NCBI RefSeq assembly: GCF_009834535.1 | Contig: NC_045696.1 | Span: 11,782,001 to 11,846,000, forward strand | Source: Camelus ferus | Taxonomy: Eukaryota | Direction of reading: 5' to 3' | Length of the DNA: 64,000 bases | In this document: piece after piece, positions 25,261-38,736 of the stretch | How the letters are laid out: each line of letters begins with the position of its first letter | Numbering within the stretch: position 1 is the stretch's first letter | Made by a program: the position numbers and the translations under genes | The notes under the pieces: generated by a model | Databases searched by the model: none | What the model was told of the DNA's origin: nothing | Seen by the model: the letters and a program-made list of their open reading frames with translations, nothing else

Positions 25261-25325
25261 TAACATCCTCTGGCCTTGTCCCCAGTCAGCCCAGGTTGAT
25301 TCTGAGTCTGCCTTTTCCTGTGTTG
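25261..25325 (+). other. Candidate 65-nt 5' UTR exon (cassette exon or end of an alternative first exon)
   Basis: Branch-like CTGAC at 25231, pyrimidine tract ending CAG at 25260, strong donor TTG|GTAAGT at 25326-25331; no ATG. Confidence 0.4.
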
Positions 25326-25489
25326 GTAAGTCTTGGAGGACGTGCGCGAGCCCTTGGGGATGCTGGCCAGTCTCTGCCTGTTTCAGTGGTACCCACGCGG
25401 CCCCGCAGAGCAGCTGTGGGACATTCTTGAGTCAGAGCGATCAGGATCGGGTTACCCACGCGTGCTGACTTGGCGCCCACTTTGTTTGA

Positions 25490-25725
25490 GCTGGAGCAGA
25501 GGTTGAGAGCCTGGGCGCTAAGGTCAAACAAACCTGGCTTCCAGTGCCTGCTCAGCTTCACTCACGAGCTGGGTGATCTCTTCTGGGCCGAGCTGCTTAA
25601 TCTCCCTGCGTCTCAGTTTCCGCATCTGTTAAGTGGGGATAACGAGTATCCCCATTTGTGGGGGTGCCGGTGGGAGTAAGGGTGAAAGGACAATATAAAT
25701 CAACTGCTTAGCATAGTAACAGCCG
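25490..25725 (+). mobile_element. MIR at the downstream edge of the CpG island
   Basis: CTTAATCTCCCTGCGTCTCAGTTTCCGCATCTGTTAAGTGGGGATAA core. Confidence 0.75.
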
Positions 25726-28700
25726 CATATGAAACACTGGAATGTTTCCCTGTTAGAGAGACTCTGTTCCAGAGGATGGCCCCAACGTCTCTTCCCCTTT
25801 CTGCGGTTTTTCATTCTCCCAGCTCCAGTTTTATTTTAAAAAGCCCGAAGGTTTGCTGTTTTCAGCTGCAAACAGGGCTTGTTTTACTTGGCCTTAGGTT
25901 TGACTATACTTATCTAATCGCTTACAGCTCCTTTTTATGCATTTGAATTTCCACTAGGTTTTAGTTGTTTCTTCTTCCTTCCTTATTCCTTAAGGCTATG
26001 CTGAGACCGGGGCCTGGGTTTGGAGGAGGAAACCTCGTCCAGGTGGGAGGCGGTTGCCGGTGAACCAATGGCCGCCGTGCAAAGTGAATAATACCCGGAT
26101 GGAGGGAGGTTTGAACAAAGAGTTACCTGGAGGCAAGGAGGGAACACTTCCTGGTAGAAGTGAAATCTGAGCTGTGCCTTGTAGCAGAAGTTTGGTAAAT
26201 CGCTGGTTTCTAGAATATGATCTTTCGAACCCCACCGCCAGGGAGGTTGTCTTGGAGTGGTAAGCACCGAAGTTGCTAAGTAATTATCTTTGAATAGAAG
26301 AGAAATATACCTAAAGAGGAGGCTGTTGACTAACAAGGGAAGGTAGAAGAGGAGAATTGATTTCACTGAATATCTTCAAAATGCCATCAATGTGTTTTGA
26401 CTTGTTTTTCCTTCGCTGCACCAGCTCAGTGCTGCTAATTTCCTTCAGGCAAAGGGAGAAACCAATTTTCTATAGGAAAAACAAAAACAAAAACAAGAAA
26501 AGCTCCTCAATAACCCATAATCAGAAGAATGAATAGTTTGGAAAAGACAATCTCAGGCTTGGCTACAGAATAAGATATTGGAAAACAAATGCTTACTGCT
26601 TCGACACCCTTTTGCCTGCAGGGGCAAATTACTGAGCTGGGTCCACTAACACATCCTTTGAATGTAGACCCCAGGGGACTTTACTGACCACGGCAAGCAA
26701 GCAAGGAAACAAATAAACACATGAAAACTAGGTGAGGGATTTGTAGTCTGTCCAGTGGGGGCAGAAGCCCACAGGGAGTGTTCCCCATATCCTCTGTTCC
26801 CCTGAGACTGCCTGGGTCACCCCAAGTGGAGGCTGACTCCTGAGGGCTATGGGGCGGATAGCATTACTGCTAGATGCCAATGAATAAATGTGATAACCTA
26901 TTTAAAATTCCACTCCCAGAACGGATTCCGATCCTTCCTGCACTTGTTCTGGGAATTCTCTGGCCCTTAGGGATGCTTGAAGGCAGCTTTGCCCCCTGCT
27001 GCTGTCTGGGGATCAAATCAGTTGGGGGCCTAGACTTGAAAGGGAGCACGTGGTTAGGAAATCTCATTAGCTGACAATTTAACTCCACTCTAATGCGCAT
27101 CTAAAGAGCCAGGACAAAGACTGCCCCCCCCACCCCACAGTTGTCTCTCCCCACTCCTCCCCTCCCCCTCTAAAGCCAGAAAGAAGTGGTACTGGCCCTG
27201 TCCCCTGACCCCCGTTCCCGCAGATTGGGCCAGCAGACGGAACCCCAGGCATTCTGGAGCGCCTGGGCAGGAGTTCCTCCCCCAAGGCTTTGCTGGGGTC
27301 TGCTAGGTTTGCATGTTAACACCTCCTTTCCTTTCCGCGAGGAGCTTGCTTACTTAAGCCTGAAAGGGAAGCATTTTGTGAGAAAGAACTTTAATGGATG
27401 CAGGTTCAAGTCTCTGCTTTCCCAAATGAGGAATGCAGGTAAGAGCCCAGGAATCATGTCCAGGCCTCACTTAGAAGTCAGTGATGGCAGGGAGCTTCTG
27501 CCTGAGACTACAGGAGGTGTGAGGGTGAGAAGGCAGAAAGAGAACTGGGGTTCCTGTGGGCCTTGTACCGGGAGTCCTGTGGGATTCCTGAATACTGCAG
27601 ATTCAGGCTGTGGTTGAGCAAAATCCTTATTTTCACTGTGTCCAGGCATTTGGACTCCTGTATCTAAAGTATTGTTTCCCTGGGGATGTGTGTGTGTGTG
27701 TGTGTGTACATACATGCATATACACTATTTATTTTCCTTTCTAAATTAAGCAAATAGAGTGTATATTTATGAGTATGTCCCCCTCATTTTTTTCCCCTCA
27801 ACATAGGACCAGAGAAAACAGATTTGCAAGGCCCCCAGCAAAGTTTTTCCACTTTTCAAAATTCTAAACTTCAGATCATTTCATCTTTAAATATTCAGTT
27901 TTATATAATTCATAATTCCTGTGTTAAAAATAATTCTCTGTCTTCATTGTAGGCCAAATCTCTTATTAAATTTTTTTAATTAAATAAAGGAGGTACTTAA
28001 AAATAAAGCAGTATTCAGCCAGGAACAGAGTTTTTTTTGAAAATGAAACAATGCTCTAGTGTAAAAGGTACAAAATATTAATAGTTAGGAGAGTTTTCCC
28101 CTTCCATCCCCTTCCCAACCTCCACACCCCTCCAGCATAAGACTTTCACTGTTCCGTGGTCTCCAGGGACCTCATTAAGAAATTCATAAAGGCCTGGACT
28201 GTGGATATGGAGAGTCCTCCTGGACTCGGGAGGTTCTTCTGGGAGGCCTTGGAGCTCTTTTGCTCGGTGGAGAGAGATTCCTCTCTCGCTGAGCTGAGGC
28301 TGAGCTCGGAGGCCTGCATTTGGCTGTAAGTGGGGTCTCAGTTCATTGAAACGACAGCAAAAAATAGCGGCATGATCTAAGAGCCGATCAATTGTGTGCA
28401 TCCAGAGGATGTTGAACAAAGAGCGATGATTCAGTGCGGACCTCTGTGGGAGGAAGGCGCCTTCAGTTGAGCGCATCCTCAGTTTCCGAGGATGCCAAGG
28501 CCCTTTGAGTCTCTGTGCTGTCACAGAGTTTCCTTCTGTAAATAGAGACCTGGGTGTAGTTGCGGGGAGGGGGGTCTAGCGTTTTGGAGCCCAGCAAGAC
28601 CGGTATAATATGAAAGGTACCACATGTGTTCTGGCTGGGCCACTTTCAATTCAGGAAGGAGGAGAAATGAAAGGGAGGGGGAAGTGTCTTTGGTTAAAAA

Positions 28701-30020
28701 ACAAAACAAACCAACCCCCCCCCCCCACATTATTTAATTCCAGCTTCCGCCCCCTAGAGCAAGATTTTATTAAAGACCAAAGGATGAGGGTATAGGTATA
28801 CAGGGGTGTGAGGAGATACGTGATTGGCAGACAGTGGACCTGGGACCAAGCTTGGCTTGGGATGGGCAGGGAGTGGATGGGAGATTAGACTAAGAAGAGT
28901 CAGTTGTTTTTCCTTAAAAATCCCAGACTTCTCTGTGGTCAAGGAGGAGACAGGATACCCTGCCTTAGTAATGGCTGGTCTCCTGCTTAGCCAACCGCTG
29001 TGCTCCTGGGTTGGGAGATGGTAACCTTGTAAACAGATCAACTCCAGTTCCTGCTCCTGGTTTCCTCTACCGAGGTGATCATGAGCCCTGGAAAGTCACC
29101 AGCTCAGCCTGGGGGAAGGGCACTCAAGGTGAGTCACAGACCTAGGGATCCTTGCTTTGGAGTTGCCAGGACCACGGAAATGGAGTGGATGAGATTTTTC
29201 ACCCACTGATCGCTTTTCAGACAAGGGGCTGATAGTGAGCCTGAGGTCTGCAGGTTGAGTCTGTGGGACCCTCAAGAGGTGGTCTGCTTTGCCTCCCCTT
29301 TCTCGCAACCACCTTGGAGCCCCGCACCCAGGTCTGTGAGGGAGGGATGCCAGCCCCAAAGCCTGACCATCCCAGGGCTTCTCAGATTCTGAGGACAAGA
29401 TCTCTTTGACCAAACTGTATCTCCTGTGGTGAGCGGGGAGTGTTTGGCTGAATTCCGGGCAAAAGATTTCTAGCAGGAAAGTCTAGGCAAGTCAAGAACT
29501 CATTAGCTAGTTCCCAGTTGACTTGAGGGCAGCGTTTTAGAGGCTCAGAACTGTGGGTTTGGCCTCGACATGACCTTCTGATGTGCATTTTGGCTTTTTT
29601 TGGACTTACTAGGAGCCTGACCCAACTAATATGTTAACTTTGGTCTTCTTATTTCTTTTTTTTTTCCAAAATATGCATCTCAACCTCTTCACACAAGGAT
29701 GTCCTTGGAAAGTGGGAACCTGGGGTGGTGGCAAGTTCTTTATCATGACGCTGTAGCTCCTCAGATTCTGATAACCATGGGGTCCCTTTCCATGCCTGTA
29801 AGGCCCTTGGATCTCTGGGGTACCCTGGTTACTCCTGCTCATGCCTCTTTCCTAATTCTATCACTTGACATTCTCAAAGGTGCCCCAGTTTGCCTCCCTG
29901 GAATCCTGAGTCCCAAGGGTCAACACTGTCACCCTGATTATGTCTTAAATAACTGTGTATAGTACTTTCCTGATGGCAAATCCTGTTGTGTTCTGGGGGT
30001 GAGCAGCCTCTATCTTCACC

Positions 30021-30174
30021 TTTTTTTTTTTTTTTTGAATGTTATTTTATTAAAAAATTATTTTTCTTTTTCTTTGTGGGGAGGTAATTAGGTTCACTTT
30101 TTTATGTTTTAGAGGAGGTACTGGGTGATTGAACCCAGGACCTTGTGTATGCTAAGCATGCACTCTACCTCCCC
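30021..30174 (-). mobile_element. vic-1-type tRNA SINE with small head deletion
   Basis: GGGGAGGTAATTAGGTT...GAACCCAGGACCTTGTGTATGCTAAGCATGCACTCTACC; T-rich tail. Confidence 0.88.
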
Positions 30175-30842
30175 ACCCACCCTCTCCGGCTTTTGGTTTT
30201 TAAAGTGTGTTCAAGCTGTGCAGAGATTGCCACATGTGCCTTCTTTCATCTAAGATGTCTTAGGATCCCAAAGTTGTTAGGACTTTTGAATATTCTTGCC
30301 ATGGTGAAGCTTTGACCTATGACACTTCTTAACTGTCTGCCACAGAGAGGGTAGGAGATCTGTCCGCATTTCTTGTTCTCTTGAGCATCTAACCTGCATT
30401 TCCAAGCTATCTTATGAGGGATGCAGTCTTTGGCCATAAAACTTGCGTCAGCTTTGTGTAATATATTTAAATCACTGTTTCGCTCAGTGGTGATGATCCA
30501 CTTTAATATTTTTCCTGACATAAAGTATATTCTTATTTCACATGAATTCTGCAACTCCAGCAGTGCCATGTTTGATTTGTGTCTAAAAACAAAGTGCAAA
30601 GTAATAATTCCATGTAGTATTAACACACTGACAGAATGGATGGTATTATCGAGAGAAACACGTTCTGTCCTTGTTTTGTTTTCTTCCCGCCCACTCCTGT
30701 ACTCTCCAGAAATAATCACTTTTGTTCATTTTTGTTTTTAGTTCTTCTGGTGATTGCCTTTATATCTCTAAATAAGATGCTTATGCCACTTTTATTTATT
30801 GGCTTTCTATTATGACAAATGATAATTTACCTTACTTGTTGC

Positions 30843-30889
30843 TTCTTCCTTCCTTCCTTCCTTCCTTTCTTCCTTCCTTCCTTCCTTCC
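30843..30889. repeat. (TTCC)n microsatellite
   Basis: Near-perfect tetranucleotide run. Confidence 0.9.
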
Positions 30890-31134
30890 AGATTTTTGAT
30901 GATCATATTTATAGTGCAAACTTTCTGTTGCTTATATAGACTAACTTAGTTCCATCAACCATTGACAGTGACTTTGACCCCCCCCCTCCTTTGGAAGATG
31001 AGCATATCAGTGTCCTTAGCTGTCTTTCCTTTCAACTTTCCTTCATCTTATGCCTCCTGCTTCTGTCACCTGTCAGGGTTGGGGAGTTGGTGCTCTGTAA
31101 GCATGATGAAGTCTTGCTTCTGTGCCTTGTTTGT

Positions 31135-32309
31135 GTTTTGATAGCAGGTTTATTAAGATATTATTTACATACTGTACAATTCAGCTCTTGAAAGTGTACA
31201 ATTCAGTGGTTTTCGGTAGATTTACAGAGTTGTGTAGCCATCGTCCTAATCAATTTTAGAATATTTTCATCACCTCCGAAAGAAACCCATACCCATATCA
31301 CCCACTTCCCTTCGCCATCCATCCTGCTAGCCTCCAGAAACCACTAGTCTGTTTTCTGTCTCTACAGATTGACCTGTTCTGGGCATTAAATACGAATGGA
31401 ATCGTATAACATGTGGTCTTCTCTGACTGTCTTCTTTCAGTTAGCATAATGTTTTCAAGGATCATCTGTGTTATAGCATGTCAGTACTTTTTTTATTGCT
31501 GAATAATATTTCATTGTATGGATAGACCACATTTTATTTATATCCATTCATCAGTTGTTGGGCATTTGGGTTGTTTCCACCTGTTGACTATTGTGAACGG
31601 TTACAGCTTAAACATTAGTGTATAGAGGGGAGAGTATAGCTCAGTGGTAGAATGTGTGCTTGCATGCTTGAGGTCCTGGGTTCAATCCCTAGTACCTCTA
31701 TCAAAATAAATAAATAAACCTAATTACATCCCTCACCTCCCCCCCAAAATAAAAAAGGGATCATCTCAGTCCCTTAAAAAAAATAGTGTATAAATACCTA
31801 TTTGAATTCTTGTTTTAAATTTGTTTTGGTATCTACCTTGGAGTGGAATTGCTGGAATTGCTGGGTCGTGTGGCAATTCTGTGTTTAATCTTCTGAGGAC
31901 CTGCCAGAGTGTTTTCTAAAGTGGCTGCATCATTTTACATTCCCACCAGCAGTGAATGATGGTTCCAGTTCCCCCATAGCCCTGCCAGCATTTGTTACTA
32001 CCTGTCTTTTTGGTTATAGCCATTCTGGTGGGTGAGAGAAGGTATCTCCTTTTGGTTTTGATTTGCATTTCCCATATACATAAAGATGCTGAGCATCTTT
32101 TCAAGTGTTCCTTGGCTAATTGTGTATTTTCTTTGGAGAACTGTCTATTCAGACCCTTTGCTCACTATTAAGTTGGGTTTCTGTCTCTTTATTAAATTAT
32201 AAGGATGATTCTTTGTGTGTTCTAGATGTAAGCCCTTTATCAGATATATGATTTGCAAACATTTTCTCCACTCTGTGGGTCATATTTCACTTTCCTGATG
32301 GCATCCTTT
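31135..32309 (-). mobile_element. Older L1 (L1M-type) 3' fragment with SINE insertion
   Basis: ORF 31916-32104(-) MKRCSASLCIWEMQIKT..SPTRMA..NKCWQG..HCWWECK is an ORF2p C-terminal remnant; L1 3' UTR at 31135-31600. Confidence 0.92.
31625..31783 (+). mobile_element. vic-1-type tRNA SINE inside L1
   Basis: GGGGAGAGTATAGCTCAGTGGTAGA...GGTTCAATCCC; TSD TAGTGTATA at 31616-31624 / 31784-31792. Confidence 0.93.
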
Positions 32310-32459
32310 ACCTATCATTTGCTTTTGAAAAGCTGAAGATCAATTATTATGACTGTCAATAACTAAGTCCACTTTTCACTCCAAAGCCAGGTGGGATACT
32401 AGTTTTATGACTGCATGACTTAAGTTATAGACTAAGAAAAGAAGCACTGGAGACATTTT

Positions 32460-33542
32460 CTTTTAACTAATTAATTAATTAAATACTACAACTTAAAAAA
32501 AAAATTGAAGTGTAGTTAATTTACAGTGTCAATTTCTGGTGTACAGCATAATGTTTCAGTAATACATATATGTACATATATTCATTTTCATATTCTTTTT
32601 TATTATAGGTTACTACAAGACATTGAATATAGTACCCTATGTTATACAGAAGAAACCTGTTTATCTATTTTATATATACTGGTTAATGTTTGGAAATCTA
32701 GAACTCCCAATTTATTCCTTCTCACCTCCTTTCCCCCCCAGTAATTATAAGATTGCTTGCTATGTTTGTGAGTCTATTTCTGTTTTGTAAATAAGTTCAT
32801 TGTCTTCTTTTCTCTTTTTTTTAGATTCCACATGTGAGTGGTATCAAATGGTATTTTTCTTTCTCTTTCTGGCTTCCTTCAGTTAGAATGATGATTACCA
32901 GGTCCATCTGTGTTGCTGCAAATGGCATTATTTTATTATTTTTATGGCTGAATAGTATTCCATTGTATAAATACCACAGCTTCTTTCTCCAGACACCTGT
33001 TGATGGACATTTAGGATGGTTCCATGTCTTGGTTGCTGTATATAGTGCTGCTGTGAACATTGGGGTGCATGTATCTTTTTGAATTAAGAGTTCCCTCTGG
33101 ATATATACCCAGGAGTGGGATTGCCGAATCATATGGTAAGTCTACTTTTAGTTTTTTGAGGAATCTCCATACTGTTTTCCACAGTGGCTGCACCAAACTG
33201 CATTCCCACCAACGGTGTAGGAGGGTTCCCTTGTCTCCACACCCTCTCCAGCGTTTATAGTTTGTAGACTTTTTAATGATGGCCATTCTGACTGGGGTGA
33301 AGTGATACCTCATCGTAGTTTTGATTTGTGTTTCTCTGATAATTAGCGATATTGAGCATTTTTTTCATGCTTATTGGCTATTTGTATGTCTTTATTGGAG
33401 AATGCTTGTTTAGGTCTTCTGCCTATTTTTGGATTTTTTTTTTGTTGTTGTTATTAAGTTGTATAAACTGTTTATATATTTTGGAAATTAAACCTTTGTC
33501 AGTCTCATCATTTGCAAATGTTTTCTCCCATTCTGTAGGCTA
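32460..33542 (-). mobile_element. Younger 5'-truncated L1 with TSD
   Basis: ORF 33011-33313(-) [67 protein letters not shown] at 32448-32459 / 33543-33554. Confidence 0.95.
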
Positions 33543-33809
33543 TGGAGACATTTTATTTTAAAGCTCTGATTTCACATTAAAAAAAAAAGAGCAATATTTC
33601 TTTTACTTTAAAAAGGCTGCATGAAAGACTCTATTTATTTACCAAAGCTGCAGAAGAGTGTATTTGCAAAGTAAGTTGAAAGGGAGCTATCTTTGGGTAT
33701 CAGCTTTTGGGTGATACATTTTTGCTGATTGATGTATTATTTCTTTATTTATTTTTAAAATTTTGTTTTTTGATTGAAGTGTTGTTGATTTACAATGTTA
33801 GCTTCAGGA

Positions 33810-34044
33810 CAGAGATTCTTAACTGGGACCAATTTTGGTCACCAGGTGACATCTGGAAATGTCTGGAGATATTTTTGGTTGTTACACTGGAGAAGTATCT
33901 AGCACGTACCTGGATACAGGGAGATATCTGGCATCTGGCTGGTAAGGCCAGGGATGTTGCTAAGATCCTGCAAGGCGCAGGGCAGTCCCCCAGACAAAGA
34001 ATTATCTGGTCCATAGTCAGTAATGCTGAGTTTGAGAAACCCTG
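33810..34044. mobile_element. MER20-like hAT-Charlie MITE
   Basis: CATCTGGAAATGTCTGGAGATATTTTTGGTTGTTACA...GGCCAGGGATGTTGCTAA...TGAGAAACCCTG. Confidence 0.88.
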
Positions 34045-35691
34045 CATTCAGAAGACACAAACACTACTAGAGATCACATATTTGAGTTTCTTTACTTAGG
34101 AAAGGAGCTTATGTTTTCTAGATATTTGGAAATGAACTATCTGGAGGCATCAGATTATTTTGGGTATTTAAAACATTTTGGTTATTATTTTAGTAGGAAT
34201 TAGATTAATAAATTATCTTTCTTTTTTAGGATAGAGAGTTAAAAAAAACTGGATAATAATTTCAGGCATTTTGGGCTTCTCAGTGCTTAAGCAAGTTCAC
34301 CTAGTTAATGACTTCTGGATATTGCTAATAACTGTGTCATGAATTCTTCTGTGGTTCATACTATGGTAGGAAAAATATTTGCAAGCTGATCATTACAATG
34401 TTACTCCTCTTAAGCAGTTTATTGAGCATGAAAAATTTTTTAGAAGAAATGTTTCAAGTGCAGTGCAAGATCTACTGTGAGGATTTAGAAAAGTTTTATG
34501 AATGTTAGACTAATTATCTCACCTTGAAATCTCTGATTAGAAATTATTTCGATTCTGCAATTATGTCAATTGAACTTTAACATTTCATTGTGATTAAAAG
34601 AATTAAAACCTCATAACTATTGTTTTCACTTAACTACACAGTTTAACAATCTAATTATTTTAAAATAGATTTAAAAAATTCACCCGGTGGTTTCTTTCCT
34701 TTTTTTTTTTTTCTTTTCTCTAAAAGTTAATTGCTTTAATTTGGGGATTGAATGCTTTAAATGCCTGCAACCTTGGTCCTGTGAACTCTGTACCAATTAT
34801 AGCAAACTAGTTAAATTACCTTAAAAAAAAAAGGTTTGTGGGAGCCTGTTGCCTGATTTCAACTCACTTTGAATAAGAAAGCCAAGTGACCTTCTCTTTC
34901 TTCGAGGAAATGGGGTCAAAACCAGATGGACTTCTTTTGTAGACGTTGCAGGTTAGTCTTATGAAACCTGGAGTCTTCTTGACAAAGACTTCAGAGATCC
35001 AAATGAACGGCCCATTCTTTAAACCAGGACTAGTTAACGTGGCTTATTTGAGTAAGGAGGGCCAAGATGATTTCTCTTCATTTTAATTGCAGTAATCCGT
35101 GTCTTCTGGGCCTATGACACAGCAGTTCTGAATCCCATCCAAGTCAGGAAAAGTGAATTTGTGGGCCTGCTAACAACTAGCAACTAGCAATGTAGAGTGT
35201 CTGGACTTTGTCACAGCACACAGGGCCAGCTCCTCCAACATTCTGGGGCCTGGCCTCAGCCAAGACAGCCTCGAGTTACACCTGCAGGCCTATACATACA
35301 GGTCTTTGGGGAGGCAGGTACCAAGGACATAAGATGTGGTCTTGGTTGCTGTGTTATGGTTGCTAGAAAACTATAATTTGCAAAAAAAAAAAAAAAAAAA
35401 AGTAAAATGGAACTCTCTCAGGGAAATATTAAGGTACGGTTTTTCCATCTTGGAAAAGTTATTTGGTGGAATTCTCAAATGGAGAGCTTAATTAGGACGT
35501 GAGTCAAATTTGATAGTTTGATATACCCTGAGTGTTATAACTGACTTGAGGATGCTGTGAGAGTCATATTTTGAATTTCTTCCTTTAATTTGAATAAAAT
35601 CTCTCTGACCTCTAGCAATGTTAAAATGGTTAATGGCCTTTGATTACCTGGACTCATTCTTCTCCATTTTTCTCAGACATTCTGTGTGTTT

Positions 35692-35742
35692 CCCCCCCCC
35701 CCCCCGTGTGTGTGTCTGTGTGTGTCTGTGTGTGTGTGTGTC
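35692..35742. repeat. Poly-C followed by imperfect (TG)n
   Basis: C run then GTGTGTGTGTCTGTGT... Confidence 0.85.
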
Positions 35743-36478
35743 TATCTGAATGATTCTTCCCAAATAGCTCATCTTTAAAGTTTTTTTCTTTAATCATAAA
35801 GTATTTCTCTTAATTACATCAGGTACCAGTAGTAAATACAGCCAGATACCAACAATGAATATCTTTTAGTGTTGAAATTAAGGGGGAAATTTTATTTTCT
35901 CATGCATAATTTTCTTTAACTGAAGGATTTTTACTATGAGTAGGGGTTACTTTTATAATCGGAAAAATTTTATTAATTAAATACACATTCATCCTTGGGT
36001 AGGTGGTGACTAGTGGAAACTTAATCTCGCAAGTCATATTTTTTTGTTTGTTTGTTTTGCAATCCACTTACACATGGGGATTAATAGCAAAGTGTCCTCT
36101 TAAACAATAAGGACCACAGGAAGAATAAAGACTGTGTGGATTCTGGCCCTGGAATGAACAAAGATGAGAAAGCCCAAGGGGGCAGCCCAGAGGCCCAGGG
36201 ATTAAATATCAATGGAAAGATTAGGCCCTTTGTTGACTGATCCTTTCTGATAAGATTGAACCTAGACCCTCAGTCATTAGAAAGTCGTTGACCTTGGAGG
36301 GCTGACTGCATTCCTTTCTTTTGCTTCTTTCCCTGTAGATAGTGGTCTTACATCCATAGTTCCAATCATGATCCGTGCCTCAGGACCTCAAGGTCGCCTC
36401 CTTGTTCGTGAACCATCCCATCTTCTCTGAAGGTCCTAAAACATTGATGAGTTTCAACTCATGCTTAATTCATGTCTA

Positions 36479-36937
36479 TGTTCTTTTTCTAGGGCTGCTT
36501 CTAAAAGGTACCTCCCACTGGATGACCTAAGACAATAGAAATTTATTCTCCCATGGTTCTGGATGCTATAAATCCAAAATCAAAATGTTGGCAGGGCCAT
36601 GCTCCCTCTGAAGGCTGTAAGGTAGAATCTTTTCTTGCCTCTTTCAGCTTCTGTTTCTGCTGGCCCTCAGCATTCCTGGTCTTGCGACACTATCAATCCA
36701 GCCTCTGCCTCCTTCTTCCCATGGCTGTCTTCTCTTGTGACTGTGAGTCTGTTTCCAAATCTCCTCCTCTCTCTTATCAAGACACCAGCTATTGGATGTA
36801 GGGCCCAGCCTAATTTTACATGACCTCATCTTGACTTTATATCTGCAAAGATTCAGTTTCCAAATAAGTTCAGATTCATAGTTCCTAGAGTTTAGGGCTA
36901 AAGCATATCTTTTTGGGGGACACAGTTCAACCTACAA
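36479..36937 (-). mobile_element. ERVL-MaLR solo LTR (MLT1C-like)
   Basis: AGAAATTTATTCTC...GGCAGGGCCATGCTCCCTCTGAAGGCT...GGGGGACACAGTTCAACC. Confidence 0.85.
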
Positions 36938-37065
36938 GTGTGTCTAACCACTCCTGTGCAGACTGCCTGTTTGAATCACTTGAGAACTTATAATATGGAT
37001 GTGTACTTACTGCTAAGAATTCTGACTTTCCTAAAGCTTAGCTCTGATATGCCCCTATTTGTTTT

Positions 37066-37212
37066 TGTTCTTTTAATGAGGGGAGGTAATGAGGTTTATT
37101 TATTTATTTACATTTGGAGGAGGTACTGGGGATTGAACCCAGGACCTTGTATGTGCTGAGCACGTGCTCTACCGCTTGACCTATACCCTCCTGCCATATC
37201 CTCCCCCACCCC
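37066..37212 (-). mobile_element. vic-1-type tRNA SINE
   Basis: SINE body; TSD GATATGCCCCTATTTGTTTT (37046-37065) / GATATGTCACTATTTGTTTT (37213-37232). Confidence 0.92.
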
Positions 37213-38295
37213 GATATGTCACTATTTGTTTTAAACTTTAAAATGCTCTTTCCAGCCCTTTGGTCCCAGCCCTGCTTCCCCATTTCATCTCTCAGGACTC
37301 CTTTCTCAAATACTTAGAGCCAGTGAAGCGGGAGTCCCATTTACTCTGGAGTATATCTCATTTTCTCTCTTATTTTTTTGGCTAACACTGTCTCTAGATA
37401 TGGACTGTACCCATTTTTTCTTGCCCTTCTTGGAGGTCTGGTTGAAATCAGCAATCCTTATGCAGTTTCCTTGATGTCCCAATGTTTAATGGCTCTTTTA
37501 GATGCGTTATCATAGTCAGCCTGTGTCTCTGTGAACTCTTTTCCTAGGATTGCAAACTCTTTTTTTTTCCTCCTGGGAAGTCTTGAGAAATTTAATGTTA
37601 TTTTTGATCTCAGAGTCACTTCAAGAAGAGTCCTACTAAGGGCACTCTAGTCAAGAAAAATTGTGGCTTGGAAAGTTTCATGCTTAGCCCAAAGACACCA
37701 AGTGGAGAGGCCCAGCTGGAAATCTCATTAAGTCTTCAGGCACCAAATGGCAAGCAGTTGCCATGGTACTGGGGACTGGAAGTTATCACATACTCCCAAT
37801 AGCAACTGGAGAGAAGCCCCAAAGACAGAACAGTTACCACGTTTTCCTGGGAAAATTTATGGATCCTGGGATCTACTGAGAGGACATGAGTTTGGGGTTG
37901 ACCCTCGATGGCAAGCCCTTTGAGGGTAGCGTCTCAGCCAAATTTATCTTGGTTTTGCCCATGGTTACCCCTGTGGGGAGGGGAGCTCGAAATATGTTAG
38001 GATAAGCCTTCCCCCAGCTTCCAAATCAGCAGGCAGTATGTAAGCATGGTGCCCTGGCCGTTGCCGAGACGGTGGGCTATGGAGGGTGGCAGCTAGGGGA
38101 TGAGAAGCCTAAGGTACAGAAGGTCTGTACTCCGGAGAGACGAGGGGCAGGCATATTCCCTAAAGGCCCACTGGCCAGAGGAAGGTGTCCTGGTCGCTGG
38201 TGAGCAGTCTTTAGCCAGGATGAATGTGATACAATAGCAGAAGCCAAAATTAGGCGTCACGCACTCTGAGGGCGAGGATGGGTGGGTGGTGGAGC

Positions 38296-38642
38296 TCTTA
38301 CTTCAAGTTGCTGTAAGGAAATAGCATGGACTGGGTGGAGTAAACAGCAAACATTTACTTCTCATGGTTCTGAAGCCTGGAAGTCCTGAGATCAAATTGC
38401 CTGAAAGGCCAGGGTAGAGCCCTCTTCCAGGCTGTGGCTTCACACGGCCTTTCCTCGGTGCATGCACACACACACACTGACAGCTCGCATCTTGTCCTCT
38501 TCTGATAAGGTCATTAATTTCATCATGGGGGCTCCACCATCTTGACCTCATCTAATTGCCTCCCCAGGCCCTTCCCCTCATCACATTGGGGATTAGGGCT
38601 TCACCATATGAGTTTTTGGAGGATACAAACATTTAGTCCATG
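38296..38642 (-). mobile_element. ERVL-MaLR solo LTR (MLT1A-like)
   Basis: ACATTTACTTCTCATGGTTCTGAAGCCTGGAAGTCC...CATCACATTGGGGATTAGGGCTTCA. Confidence 0.85.
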
Positions 38643-38736
38643 GTGGTGAGCAAGTAGCCAGGCACAGAGTTGGGAACCAGCAGATAAACAGGAACCAGGA
38701 AACAAAGAAAGGGTCAAAGAGCTTTGACCAATATGC

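Larger units (their letters stand above)
23470..25480. promoter_or_regulatory. CpG island / TATA-less promoter of an unidentified + strand gene
   Basis: Abrupt rise in GC and CpG density against CpG-depleted flanks. GC box GCCCCGCCCC at 23971-23980. CCAAT/ATTGG boxes at 23518, 23578, 23901, 23937, 24015, 24997, 25055 and 25212. YY1-like CCGCCATCT at 23889-23897. Confidence 0.93.

Noticed and set aside
23413..25263. Many overlapping 100-260 aa ORFs, e.g. 24016-24801 (+, 261 aa)
   Set aside because: Stop-codon-poor GC-rich island giving Arg/Pro/Gly/Ala low-complexity translations in several frames. Many have non-ATG starts and run through the splice donor, and none resembles a known protein.
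30488..30520. C/D-box snoRNA-like GTGATGA...CTGA
   Set aside because: Boxes only ~20 nt apart with no terminal stem; too short for a snoRNA.
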